Assembly (NCBI RefSeq): GCF_006345805.1
Contig: NC_043004.1
Coordinates: 105,524,001-105,588,000 of the forward strand
Direction: 5' to 3'
DNA length: 64,000 nucleotides
From: Octopus sinensis
Lineage: Eukaryota
Shown here: positions 1-12,930 of the stretch, piece by piece
Numbering within the stretch: the stretch's first letter is position 1
Layout of the letters: every line of letters starts with the position of its first letter
Notes under the pieces: generated by a model
What the model was told of the DNA's origin: nothing
The model's input: only the letters and a program-made list of their open reading frames with translations
The model's database searches: none
Position numbers and translations under genes: made by a program

Positions 1-136
1 TTCATTAACACATGATTCCAAATATAATCCTACAGAAAAACACGTTCGACAAATGTCTTCAACTGTAGTCTTGGATTGCCCAATACTATACAAGTAGAAA
101 TTACTAAATGGAAACTGTGTGAAGCCTTTAATATAT

Positions 137-625
137 CATCATCATCATCATTTAACATTTATTTTCTATGCTGGCATGTGTTGGACAGTTTGACGGGGGC
201 TGGAAGCTGTACCAGTATCCATTCTGTGTTTTGACATGGTTTCATCTTTCTTTATTGCCCACACTGTGCTGAATATAGAGGGGATAAACAAGGACAGACA
301 AACGGATTAAGTCGATTATATCGACCCCAGTGTGTAACTGGTACTTAATTTATCGACCTCGAAAGGATGAAAGGCAAAGTTGATCTCAGCGGAATTTGAA
401 CTCAGAATGTAACGGCAGATGAAATACCGCTAAGCATTTTGCCCGGCATGCTAACATCTCTGCCATCTCACCTGGTTTCTACAGCTAGATGCCCTTTCTA
501 ATGCCACCCGCTTTATAGAGTGTACTGGGTGTTTTGTTTTTTATAATGTACCAGCACCAGTGCTTTTGACATGGCACTAGCACCGGTGCATTTAAAGTAG
601 CACCATCACTGACAAGGACACCAAG
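137..625 (-). mobile_element. RTE-type LINE 3' end (working family D), interrupted by a SINE A insertion
   Basis: (CAT)n tail followed by ...tttaacatt...ctatgctggcatgtgttggacag and ttctacagctagatgccctttctaatgcc; matches about 10 other copies in the window. Confidence 0.7.
244..472 (-). mobile_element. tRNA-derived SINE, family A
   Basis: Reverse complement of 1656-1887; flanked by 7-bp target-site duplication TGGTTTC (237-243 and 473-479). Confidence 0.85.
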
Positions 626-789
626 CATCTTGCAAGACAAAATGGGAAAAACCCTTCAGCTGGGAAGAGGAACTAGTATTGAGGTGCAGCGGCTTTGTGT
701 CAGTTGAGGGATTAAAGGGATTATAGAGGGGATAGAGATAAAATAATAAACATTGACTGAGTAAAAGGCTGAATACAAATCCAGTTTAT

Positions 790-1078
790 ATCATGCATGT
801 ATGTATGTATGTATGAGTGTGAGCATGCATATGTGTGCATGTGTGTGTGCATGCATGCATGTGTGTGTGCATGCATGCATGTGTGTGTGCATGCATGCAT
901 GTGTGTATGTATATATGGATGTGTATGTATGCATGTATGTGTGTATGTTAATGTATGTATGTGTGTATGTATGTGTGTGTGTGCATGTGTTCATGCATGC
1001 ATGTATGTGTGCATGCGTGGTGGTTGTGTGTGTCTACGTATATATGTATGTATGTATGGATGTGTGTGTGTGTGTATA
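790..1078. repeat. Compound (TGCA/TGTA/TG)n microsatellite
   Basis: Directly visible; source of the spurious MCVC/THT ORFs. Confidence 0.95.
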
Positions 1079-1511
1079 AATCCTTAAAATCCTTAAAAAT
1101 GTTTTAGCCCGAAGGCCGCAGCCATGCTGGGGCACCACCGCTGTCTTTAAAATTAGATTGGTGTTCAGTTGTATCGAACAGGCTGCTAACTGACAACTAT
1201 TCACAGGCGCGATCCCACTACTGCTCGACACGGGGCCTTTTGCCTGCTGCGTTTCCGCCCTGGGCTGAAGCGACCCTCCTTAGACAACCTGGTCCTGATA
1301 AGCTCCCTCTCCAGCACCATATTGATGCCGAGCTTAGCACGGACACCCGATCGCCATAGAAGACCGACTACCAGGACTCCCATCCTCAAACCGGCCAACC
1401 AACCAAGCCTCTGAGTAGCTAGATTACAGGAGCACACCACAACTCCCAGCATGTATGTATATGTTGTGTGATTGTGTGTGTGTATGTATGTATGAATGTA
1501 TGTATGTATAT

Positions 1512-2135
1512 GCAGGTGTGACTGTATGGTTAGAAGTTTGCTTTCCAGCCACATGGTTCTGCATTCAGTCCCACTGTGTGGCATCTTGGACAGGTGTCTT
1601 CTTCCATGACCTCAGGCCCCAAAGCTTTGTGAGTGCATTTGCTAGACAGAAACTAAGGCGGTGAGCTGGCGGAAACGTTAGCACTCAGGGCGAAATGCTT
1701 AACGGTATTTCGTCTGCCACTACATTCTGAGTTTAAATTCTGCCGAGGTCGACTTTGCCTTTCATCCTTTCAGGGTCGATTAAATAAGTACCAGTTACGC
1801 ACTGGGGTCGATATAATCGACTTAATCCGTTTGTCTGTCCTTGTTTGTCCCCACTGTGTGTAGCCCCTTGTGGGCAGTAAAGAAATAAGAAACTAGAAAA
1901 CACTTACTATGTGTGTGTGTGTGCATGCATGTTTGTTTCCCCCCCACCATTTAATAACTGGTGTAGGTGTGTTTACATCCTTGTAACAGAGTGTTCCGTT
2001 CAAATGTGACCAATAGAATAGATATAAGGTTTAAAAGACCAAGTACTGGCGCTGATTTGCTTGATTAATCTTCTTCAAGGTGGTACCTCAGTATGGCTGT
2101 AGTTTAATAACTGAAACAAGAAAAAGATAGAAAAG
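1512..2135 (+). mobile_element. SINE family B (tRNA-like head, internal TG tract), older copy with nested SINE A
   Basis: Head gcaggtgtgactgtatggttagaagtttgc...ttcagtcccactg; tail ...actgaaacaagaaaaagat; homologous to 28364-28740. Confidence 0.75.
1656..1887 (+). mobile_element. SINE family A nested in SINE B
   Basis: ggtgagctggc head, B-box-like gagtttaaattc; 8-bp TSD AGAAACTA at 1648-1655 and 1888-1895. Confidence 0.9.
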
Positions 2136-2559
2136 ATATATATTTGATAATAACTAATATAATTAAATGTTGGTTGATTCATTAATTGATTTCTATCACT
2201 TTACATCATTATTTAAAAACAGGAGCTACAGCAAGTTAATATGAGAGGTGCAAGCTGAGTACATATACTCAGCTTGGTGGTAGGCAATGAGTAAAAGAAC
2301 GATATACATACACACACAGAGTGAGAAAGACTCATACAGACAGGAGGAGGAAGATGAGTAAGTGACAATAGTTGGCTAAAGCAGGAAAAAAGCTATACGT
2401 ATCTAATATTTATTGTAATGAATATTTTCCTTAGAGACTTTGAAAATAAACCGTTCATTTGCAGAGTAAGTTTGCTTTCTTTCACATTAATCACTAGAGA
2501 ATTTGCTAACTTAAGAATTTATAGCAAACTCTCCCAAATTAAAATGTTACTACAATTGC

Positions 2560-3745
2560 TACAATAATAATAATAATGAAATTATTGTATACAGTGCTCA
2601 GGTGCACCACAACTTGTCAGACAGTGCATATAAAGCACATGCAGTAGTGTACAAATGTCTGGAAAGCGAACAATGCATGAGTCAGGTACATGCTTGTGTG
2701 TGTATGGAGGGGAGAAAATCAGGTGTAGTGTTGGCAAATCTCAGGAAGTATGGAAGTTTTGAAGGAAGCAGTGCTCCAGCAACTAACAACTGATGCTGGC
2801 AGTTTGTTCATACTTCAGCAACTCTTAGCGTGAAAAAATGTTTCCTAAAGTCATGGGCGCTGTGCTGTTTTCTGACTTTGTAAATATGTCCACGGGTGTT
2901 AGATGGGTGGAGTCTGAAAAGGTGCTCAGAGTTATTGTTTGTACGATGGTTGATAATTTTATGGGTGTCTGCCAAGTCAGCTGCCAGACATCGGAGTTTC
3001 AATGTGTCCATGCCCAGGGAAGTAAGGCGTTCAGAATATGGCAAATGCCTGATGGAGGGTATTCTTTTGGTTGCACATCGCTGAGCGGCTTCCAGAGGAT
3101 TGATATCCTGGGCATGATAGGGGTTCCAGACCGGTGATGCAAATTCCAGGTGAGGTCTTACCATAGCTATATAAAGCCGCAGATAGATAGTCAGAGAGCG
3201 GCTCACAAAGGATTTGGCGAGTGATGCCAAGACATCCTCATCCTTCTTGACAATTTTAGCGATGTGTTTTGTCCAACACAAATCACTGTCGACAATAACA
3301 CCCAGGTCACGTTCACACGAAGACTTTTTGAGACTAGTGTTGTGGAGGGAGTAGGTGGACTCTGGGTTTCTCCTCCCAAAATGCATGGTGGTACATTTGT
3401 CCACAGCCAGCTTGAGTTGCCAGTCCATGATCCACTGCTGCATTGTGTCCAGGTCTGCTTGCAATAGAGATCCATAGTGTATAGGATTTGACCTCTTTAT
3501 TTCGAGGTACAGCTTGATGTCATCTGCATATTTCAGCACTGTGGCATTCTTTAAGTTGGCATCTATGTCATTAACATATGAAACAAATAAAAGGGGGCCA
3601 AGAACAGATCCCTGTGGTACACCAGATGTCATCTCATAGGGCGAAGAGTGCTGTCCTAGAACTGTGACAACCTCTTTTCGGCCAAAAATAAAGGACTTCA
3701 ACCAGTTATAGAGTTCATCTCTTACGCCCAACGCCCCAAAATAAT
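2560..3745 (-). mobile_element. 5'-truncated CR1/L2-type LINE with 3' UTR and (TAA)n-type tail
   Basis: RT ORF 2808-3731 followed by about 230 nt of 3' UTR that recurs at 36368-36552. Confidence 0.85.
2808..3731 (-). pseudogene. Non-LTR reverse transcriptase C-terminal half (CR1/L2/Jockey superclade)
   Basis: Motifs SGVPQGSVLGPLLF, KYADD, ERDLGVIVD, VRPHLEFASPVWNP, QRCATKRI. Confidence 0.9.
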
Positions 3746-4049
3746 GTCAATACACTTTTTTTAACTATGGATAATGTCAGGAAATATGACATACATACAT
3801 ACAATGATTATAATTTAGCTTTTATCAAATTACCCAAAGTGACAAAGTTACCCTGTCATATGACAGGTGACATTCCTGTGTATGTGTGTGCATGTGTACA
3901 GAGATTTATTGAAGCTGAGGAATTCCTTCACAAGCTGTTACTTCACACATCCAACCATCCACCTCATTTTGAGACCATGTACTGACGTGTCTCTCTCTCT
4001 ATTTCTCTCTCTTACACACAGACACACAGACACACAGACACACACACAC

Positions 4050-4420
4050 GTGGGTGCAGGTGCCATGTAAAAAGTGTCTGTTTTGGTGCCAAATAAAAAA
4101 ACACTCATGCTGGTGCTATGTAACAAGCACCCGTGCTGGTACCTTGTAAAAACACCTGTGCTGGTTCCCCCCCAAAAAAGCACCTGTACTGGTGCTATGT
4201 AAGGAGCACCTGCGCTGATACCATGTATAAAGCACCTGTGCTGGTGCTACATAAAAAGTACCCAGTACACTCTATAAAGTGGTTGGCATTAAGAAGGGCA
4301 TCCAGCCAGAAAATCATTGCCAAAACAGAGAACTGGAGCCAAGTGCAGCTCTTCAACCGGCCAGCTCCTTTGAAACTGTCTAATCCATGCCAGCATAGAA
4401 AATGAATGTTAGATGATGAT
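4050..4420 (+). mobile_element. RTE-type 3' end (family D) with expanded ~22-bp internal tandem repeat
   Basis: About 8 copies of gtgctggtgc(t/c)atgtaa(a)agcacc, then aagaagggcatccagcc...gttagatgatgat. Confidence 0.75.
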
Positions 4421-4631
4421 GGTGCATTTATGATTCAGAACAAAATACAGTAATAAGCATTATGCCAAACATGTATTAGAGCAGGGGTAACTGAAAGTAA
4501 ATGATTTAACACAACAATGTTAAGCTTCTTTAAAGAGGAATTCATTCAGTATTTGTGTCAATTTATTTAACATATAGGCACAGGAGTGGCTGTGTGGTAA
4601 GTAGCTTGCTTACCAACCACATGGTTCCAGG

Positions 4632-5040
4632 GAAGATGTAGTGCTGCCCTGCATCAAGAGGGTGGCTGCTGAAAGACCCTATGTCTGGTAACAGGACTCT
4701 GCACCATGCTACCCAAGCAGGAGAACCCAGTCATGGCTGTCAGACAATTTCTGTGACCACATCACCCCTAACATCTGGCGACCTAACTCCCCAGACTGCA
4801 ACCCCTTTGATTATTATGTGTGGGGCACAATTGAGCAAGAGACCAACAAAACTCCTTGTAATACCAAAGATGAACTGAAGGCAAGGATTATGGTAGCATT
4901 CGCCAACTTAAACAAGGAGACCGTCTAGAAGAGTTGCAGGGGATTCTGAAGTCATCTGGAGGTAGTGTTTGAAGTGAATGGCAATTTCATTGAATACATT
5001 TACTCTTTAGTATTTCTAGATATTTTTATGTGATTTTGGT
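4632..5040 (+). pseudogene. Tc1/mariner DD37D (maT-type) transposase C-terminal fragment
   Basis: Manual translation: YVW*QDSAPCYPSRRTQSWLSDNFCDHITPNIWRPNSPDCNPFDYYVWG...NGNFIE; 37 residues between the QD and FD aspartates; three in-frame stops. Confidence 0.85.
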
Positions 5041-5044
5041 AAAT

Positions 5045-6295
5045 ATTAGGTCAAGTATGAAATTTGTAGAAAACAAAAAAGTTTGCTAATGTTTTATAAA
5101 TACAAGGAATAGTTTTATTCATCAAAGTATGCACCCATATTGTCAATACACTTTTGCCATTTCAGCAGTAGCTTGTCCAGCCCGGAACTGTAAAAGCCTG
5201 GCAATCTAGAGTCAATGTTTTACAGCATTGTCGGAATTAAATTTTTTCCCATCAAAAAGTTATCCAAATTCTGGAAGAAGATCAGATGAGTATGGTGAAT
5301 GATGGAGAATTTACAACTTCAACTCCTGTAGTTTTGCCAATGTCATTTTTGCAACATGTGGTCTGGCATAGGAGTGGATCTGTTGACTAATCTAGAATGT
5401 TTTTTTGTAAGTTTCTGCATCATTTGATCCAGTTGGATGCAGTATACTTTGGCCATGATTGATGACCCAGGTTTAATGAAATCATAATGGATCTCACCTT
5501 GGCCAGACCACCAAACACACACCATCAGCTTCTTTTGATGAATTTTGCTTTTTGGACTGTGTTTTGGTGGCTCGTCTTTGTCCAACCATTGTGCTGAACA
5601 TTTATGGTTGTTGTATTGGATCCATTTCTCATCACATGTTAAAATTCAATACAAAAATTATTCATTTTTGTGACGAGAAAGTAATCATAATGCAGACTTC
5701 CACTTATCCAACTTTTTCACTTTACCGATTTTTTTTATTAGTTAATTAATTAGTTAATTTTTGGCTCAAAAAGCAAGGCCATGTAGGGGGACATGGAGTT
5801 ATGTACAGGGTGGTGTTCATGTAAAGAGTTCAGGCCACTTGTGGTCAAGGGAGACTTTGAACCGAGCAGTCATCGGCATCTTCACCGATTTGAAGTAGGT
5901 GAGTCAACATTGTTTGCTTGCTAACACCAAACAACAACAATAATTCACGGGGGGCACTTTGAGATGGATCTGACTCGATGGTTTCAGCTCATCATTATCT
6001 GCCTTTGTTTCTGGTTCACCGCATCACTCATTTGTGAAGTCAAAGTTACCAGAACGAAATTTTGCAAACTAATTTGATACTGTCTGCTGTGTAATAACAT
6101 TAGAATGAAATACTCCATTAATATTCCGAGCTGTCTGTGATGCTGTTTTTCCAAGAAAGAACTCATATTTCAAAACTGTACAAATTTCCGACTCATCCAT
6201 CTCTAAGACAAAAATAGCAAAAAATGGTTTATAAATACTTTATAAAGCACAAAAGTAGTTAGACGAAAGAAATAGATGTGTCAGCTTTCTAATAT
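5045..6295 (-). mobile_element. Decayed mariner (DD34D-type) element, near full span
   Basis: N-terminal HTH (VLKYEFFLGKTASQTARNIN...FRSG), IGKVKKLDKW, KKLMVCVWWS...IHY, HSPYSSDL, WQKCIDN; multiple frameshifts and stops. Confidence 0.85.
5732..5879 (-). mobile_element. ~150-bp retroposed insert inside the mariner ORF
   Basis: 12-bp TSD ctt(t/c)accgattt at 5720-5731 and 5880-5891; A-rich tail; 3' stem-loop CCATGT-CCCCCT-ACATGG. Confidence 0.7.
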
Positions 6296-7028
6296 ATATA
6301 TAATAATCATTTAACAGCCATTTTCTATGCTTGCATGTGTCATATGGTGTTTATTTGAGGCAGATTTAATATAGCTGGATGCCCTTCCTGTTGCCAACCC
6401 TCATTTGTTTCCAAGCAAGGAAATATTTGCCTATAACCAACTCATTTGCAATTATTACACAATGTTAAGAAGAGGGCACACACACACACACATGCATGTG
6501 CATGCACATTCGCACACTCATATAATCATCGACCAAATCCACTCCCAGGGCTTTGGTTGGCCTGGGTCTGTAGCAGAAAACACTTGCTCAAGGGACTGAA
6601 ACTAAAACCATATGGTTGAGAAGCAAGCCTTATTCAGTTAGTGAAAGATGGGGTGTCTTTTGCAGACACTTCCCAAACTGGTACTGCAGTTACATGAGTT
6701 AAAATAGGGTTGGCCAAATGACTGTTTTGAATGTTTGCAATGGAGTGGACCCATTAAAATCACCAAAGACCAAGCAGAGATGGTGGGTGGTGGGTGGTGG
6801 TGGTGGTGGTGGTGATGTTCAACCAGGCATGATATATAAATCACATGACCTACTCTGTACAATATGGCATAAAATATAAATACTAATGAATCAATTGACA
6901 AACACAGACTGAACATAAATAATGCCTGGCCCTAACAATCTTTTAAAACAATATTTTTCAATATTTGCTTTTAAATTTGATATATTTTGTTCAGAAACCA
7001 AAAAAAAAAAAAAAGACATATTTCAGAA

Positions 7029-7091
<63 letters not shown>

Positions 7092-7115
7092 TACATATAT
7101 ACACACATATACACA

Positions 7116-7156
<41 letters not shown>

Positions 7157-7570
7157 ATATATATTGTACTTTTCAACTGTTATATTAATGGTTTTAGACC
7201 CTTTTAGCAGTTTTAATGCTACACACCCCACTAATATCAGAAATCATTTTTAAAATATTGAACCATGTATGAGAGATTTTAAGAAAGAAAAATGTACTTT
7301 AATATTTTGCTTGATAGGAAAAAAAATTAAGTGCATTTTATCAGGAATGATTTTAAGCTGTGATTGGCTGTGTTGTAAAACATTTATTTTTCCTGATTAT
7401 TCATTAAAAAATATAACAAAATGTTATATTATATTTATTTTGCATGCATATATGCATATGTGTGTGTGTGTATGTATGTATGTATGAATGTATGTATGTA
7501 TGTACGTATGTATGTACGTATGTATGTATGTATGTATGTATGTATGTATGTATGTATGTATGTATGTATG

Positions 7571-7601
<31 letters not shown>

Positions 7602-8065
7602 CCTATTTTGTTCTGTTGAGCAAGCCTTAATATGGGAAAGTCATAACATCTTGATAAACATTGCTATTTCATTTGTGTCTGAGTGTATATATTATTGCCA
7701 AATGGAAAAAAAACTCTTCTAATATGCATTTTCATACATGCACACACACACACACATTAACACATACACAAACATTCATATATATGAAAGAATTCAATAC
7801 TGGTAGGATTATAACTATTATGTTAATTTAGTGAAATATAGATCAAGAAATACACCAATATGGAAATCAAGATATACCTGGACAAATTAATTTCATCATG
7901 TTTAAATATGGATCATCAGCAAGATTAGAAAGAAAATGTGTAAATTTACAGCTGTTCTTGCTTATGTGTGTGTGTGTGTTTGTGTATACACATACATACA
8001 CTCACACATACACACATATACACACACATGTATATATTCATATACATATATATATATATATATAT

Positions 8066-8160
8066 ATATCATCATCATCATTTAGCGTCCGTTTTCCATG
8101 CTAGCATGGGTTGGACGGTTCAACTGGGGTCTGGGGAGCCCGAAGGCTGCACCAGGCCAG
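8066..8160 (-). mobile_element. Family D 3' end truncated by (TA)n
   Basis: catcatcatcatttagcgtccgttttccatgctagcatgggttggacgg; close to 61680-61870. Confidence 0.8.
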
Positions 8161-8177
8161 ATATATATATATATATA

Positions 8178-8213
<36 letters not shown>

Positions 8214-8232
8214 TAGATATATATATATATAT

Positions 8233-8264
<32 letters not shown>

Positions 8265-8680
8265 TCATCATCATAATCGTTTAACGTCCGCTTTCCATGC
8301 TAGCATGGGTTGGATGATTTGACCGAGAACTGGTGAACTAGATGGCTGCACCAGGCTCCAGTCAGATCTAGTAGAGTTTCTACAGCTGGATGCCCTTCCT
8401 AACACCAACCACTCCGAGAGTGTAGTGGGTGCTTTTACATGCCACTGGCATGAGGGCCAGTCAGGCGGTACTGGCAACGACCACGCTCAAATGGTGCTTT
8501 TTTACGTGCCACCTGCACAGGAGCCAGTCCAGCTGCACTGGCAACAACCTTGCTCAAATGGTTTTTCACGTGCCACCAGCATTTTTATGTGCCACCGGCA
8601 CGGAAGCCAGTCAGCTGCTCTGGCAACGATCACACTCAGATGGTGCTCTTAGCACTCCACTAGCACGGATGCCAGTCATT
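8265..8680 (-). mobile_element. Family D (RTE 3' end) copy
   Basis: ggatgcccttcctaacaccaaccactccgagagtgtagtgggtgcttttac. Confidence 0.8.
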
Positions 8681-10049
8681 GAATTTAAAGAAAATATATA
8701 TAAAACAAAAGAGAAACAGAAAGAAACTAAGAGAGAGTGAGTGAGAGAGAGAGAGAATGAGAGGGAGAGAGGTGAAAGTGAAAGTGCTGAAAGAGAAAAA
8801 GAAGAGGAAGGAAAGTGAGACACACACATACAGATGTATATATGTGATCGGCTTGAAAATTATTAACATTTTAAGCTATTTTCTTAACATGAAACCACTG
8901 GTACCCTTAATACACAAATGTATGTATGTATGAATGTATGTATACACATGCATCTCTCTCTCTCTCTCTCTCTCTGTATATATATATATTATATATATAT
9001 ATATGCAGTGCAAATAATACGAAAAGAAGCAAATTCTTTATCTTTTTGTTAAAGATGGCTAAGATTTAGAGATGAAGAGAGAGAGAGAGAGGAGAAGGCG
9101 AGAAAGACAGAGAGAGTGATTGACTGGGGGCGTTACTTTACAATATTCCACATCCAATATCTCATAGTCTTGAGTTCAATTCCTACTAGGTATGCTTCTG
9201 CCTGTCATTCTTCTCATAAGAGTTGATAAAAATGAAAATTAAGTTTTGGTAATGTACCAGTGGAAAGTCAGTCAAGCATTTCCCCATCCCCTTTCACCCG
9301 TCCCTCCCTCTACCTGCAAACCCCCTATTATCACTGGTTACCGCCTAAAAAGTTACAGGGGTGGTGGGTGGGTGGCAGAGGGGATGTGGGTGTGTACACA
9401 TCTTAGAAATCAATATTGAGGAAAGATTTGCCAGCAGCTGTGATATGAGGCTGAAATTATTGTTTAGTCAGCAATGGATTGTTCCGGATGATAAAATCAG
9501 TGATGCCAATAGAGAAGATGCTTAAATAGAAGTTGTTGCTGGATAATTGAAACAGTGAGAGAGGAGAGGAGAAGAAAAAAAGTATGGAAGGAGAGAGGGG
9601 AAGTAAAAAATGGGAAAGAAAAAAAGAGTAAGGGGAATAACTGAGTGAGAGGGAGCTAGGGTAGTTGGTGTGACAAAAGAATTTTTTAAGAGTATATATA
9701 TAAAACAAAGGAGAAATGGAAAGAGACTAAGGGAGAGAGAGAGGGAGAGAGGTAAAAGTGAAAGTGTTGAAAGAGAAGAAGAGAAGGAAAGTGAGAAATA
9801 TATATGTAAAGAGAGAGAAAGGGGGGTTTGAGTGGAAAAACAGAATAGAATACAAAATAAAAACAAAATATATAGAAAAATATGAAATGTAATGTTTATA
9901 TGTGTTTATGTATATTTCTTAAGATATTTTTTATTTCTTTCTCTTTTTCAATCAAACACTGTCTCGTCCCCCATACAAACACACATACACATATATATTT
10001 GTAGATATGTGTGATTCTGTGCTTGAGTGTGTGTGTGTTATATATATAT

Positions 10050-10097
<48 letters not shown>

Positions 10098-10132
10098 CAT
10101 ATATATATATATATGTATATATATATAATATA

Positions 10133-10166
<34 letters not shown>

Positions 10167-11632
10167 TACATATATATATTATATATATACACACACACAC
10201 ATGCGTGTAGGTGTGGCTGTGTAGTCATGAGGCTCGCATGCCAATCATGCAGTCTAGAGTTCAGTCTGTACAGTACTTTGAGCAAGTGTCTTCTTCTGTA
10301 GACATGGGCCAACCAAAGCCTTGTGAGTGGATTTGGTATATGGGAATCGAAGGATGTATGTGTGTGTGCATTTGTGTGCATGTGTGTGTGTGTGTATCCA
10401 TACCTACCTACATACATACATGCACATACATACATACATACAGACAGACAGACAGAGAGACTGACAGAGAGACTGACATACACACACATACATACACATA
10501 TACATACATACATATACATACATACATACACACACATACATACATACATACATACATACATACATGCATACACAAATACATACATACACACATACATACA
10601 TACACACATACATACATACATACAACATACATACATACATACATACATACACACTGCTGTAAATGTGCATTGCTATCATACAAGTGATGCTTGTTTCCAG
10701 TCTTCTGTGGAAATCGTGTCTGGCCATGGTTAGATATTACCTTGCTTGAAAACAAGTAAGTGTTGGTGATAGGAAGTATGCTTGGTCATAGAAAATCTGT
10801 CTCAACAAATTCTGTCTGGCCTATGGATATTAAATGATGAGGATGATGTGTGTGTGGGCGAGTGTGTGAACACAGAAGACATAACTGGTATTGTATGCTT
10901 TATATAACGTACATGCTTTTCAGTATATATATATAAAAATGCATTTAAAATGTGTGTTTATAAAGACAGAAAAGGTGGACAAGCATGTATATATAACATA
11001 TTGTATTATTTTTACTAGATGTTACACAAATTAAGCCACAAAAATATTTTTTACTGTTGTTTCAAAAATAAGACAACCATTTTGGGAAATTCCTCAAGGA
11101 AAGAAGCATGCACTTTTGTGACATCCATCTACCACACTGCCATCATTGACATGATTTGACAGACATCCAAAACCTCCTTTTAGCATGTAATGCTGCTGCT
11201 GGCACTGTTTATATTGTGCCAGGTTACATCGTTAAATAGAACTTTTGTAGAACAAGTTTGCATTTTGGAGTATCAGACTGTGACAGCCTGAGCTGACAAA
11301 TCTATTTTGTTTATTCATTGTTATTTTTATTTTTCTCTTTAATCTTGTTCTGAATTCTTTTTATCTTGCTTTCAAATTCATGTTCATGAATGATATTTGA
11401 TCCCATTTTAGGATGGTGTGCGTGCAGTGCTACTCACTTTTTTGTTAACACCTATCTCTGCTCTTCTTCTGGAAGAGCCATGTTGAAAAATATGTAAATG
11501 CAAGAAACGTTTTTCAGAAGCATAAATTAATGCCTAAAAGGCAGAACTTTTGCTTACATCAACTATCGGAATAGAAGCCCTGTTTGAAAAACAATTTAAA
11601 AAGGAAAAATATTTCATCCAGTAAAACTTGGT

Positions 11633-11965
11633 AATGTGGAAGCACAATGGCCCAGTGGTTAGGGCAGCGGACTCACAGTCGAGGATCGCGGTTTCGATTC
11701 CCAGACTGGGCGTCATGTGTGTTTATTGAGTGAAAACAGCTAAAGCTCCATGAGGCTCCCACAGGCGGGGCAGGGTGGGGGGTGGGTGACCCCTATTGTA
11801 CTCTTTTGCTCCAACTTTCTCTCATTCTTTCTTCCTGTTTCTTGGATAACGCTGCGATGGACTGGCATCCCCTCCAGCTGGGGGGAACACATATGCCACA
11901 GAAACTGGGAAACCGGGCCTATGAGCCTGGTTAGGCTTGAAAAGGGCGCATAAATTAAAAAAAAA
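11633..11965 (+). mobile_element. tRNA-derived SINE family C (head plus 'ctgcgatggactggcatccc' tail)
   Basis: A-box tggcccagtgg, B-box-like gtttcgattcc; homologous to 51240-51550. Confidence 0.8.
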
Positions 11966-12254
11966 GAACTTGGTAATAATCAAATTTTCTTTGAGTGGTC
12001 ATAAATACACACATATATGGCAAACACAACAACAACAGCATCAACAACAGCAGGAGCAACAGATGTTACAACTTTCACCTTACAGAAGAAGGACTAAGCA
12101 TACAGAAATGAATATTTATGCATCCTTCAATATAGATCATATCATCTCTGTGGTATGTTTTCCAAGATAATAGACCATACTGTATCAGGATGTCCTATAC
12201 AATCTCCCACAAAAGATACTTGGAAGTACCATATTGTAGCAAAGCTGCTCTACA

Positions 12255-12470
12255 TACCATATACGCTGGTGTATAAGGTGCAATTTTTTTCATTCTGAAA
12301 TATAACAAAAAACTGCTTTCCAGCTAATGTGACTGTATTATGGATGGGATACCGAGTGTATATGATGAAACATAATCAATTTGTTTTCATTTCTTTTCTT
12401 TTTTTCCCACAAAAAGAGTAGGGAGTTTGTCTCATTTGAGAGTGGGTCTTATACACCAGAAAATATGATA
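12255..12470. mobile_element. MITE of Tc1/mariner-pogo type
   Basis: 23-bp imperfect TIRs (19/23): taccatatacgctggtgtataag and cttatacaccagaaaatatgata; TA ends. Confidence 0.65.
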
Positions 12471-12589
12471 TGTCTTGCCACACCATTTCGACTAAACAGA
12501 TAAAATGCTTGGTACTTGTATGAACCTCTGTCTGCCTTAGAAAATGACTACATGAAAATACTATATAACTTGAGCATACAAATAGGCGG

Positions 12590-12930
12590 AGCCGGCCCCC
12601 TTCGGTCATAAATGACCATGGGATTGCACCTAGAAAGTTACCCTCTGAGGCACAAGTCCAGGCAAGGTTGTTTGTGGAAGGCCAGCAGTAGCCCTTGCAT
12701 GCCAGCCTCCCCTCTCCACACCACCAGTGTTATCCAAGGGAAAGGCAAAGGGGCCAATACAGCTTGGCACCTGTGACGTCGCAACTCATTTCTACAGCTG
12801 AGTTAACTGGAGCAACATGAAATAAAGTGTCTTGCTCAAGAACACAACATTTAACCCGGTCGGGGAATTGAACTCACAACCTCACGATTGTAAACTTGAT
12901 GCTCTAACCACTGAGCCATGTGCCTTCACT
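12590..12930 (-). mobile_element. CORE-like tRNA SINE with RTE-like 3' tail
   Basis: Minus strand: A-box tggctcagtgg, B-box gttcaattc, central ttcttgagcaagacactttatttc...ctcagctgtagaaatgag, tail ...ggtcatttatgaccgaagggg. Confidence 0.8.

Noticed and set aside
29-68. Hammerhead-like fold on the minus strand (ctacag TTGAAGA...GAAC...ctgtag)
   Set aside because: C3 changed, GAAA reduced to GAAC, and stem II would have to use core bases; too many defects.
11633-11705. tRNA genes at SINE heads (also 12860-12930, 51480-51550, 52393-52460)
   Set aside because: A and B boxes are present but there is no complete cloverleaf or acceptor stem, and each continues into SINE body.
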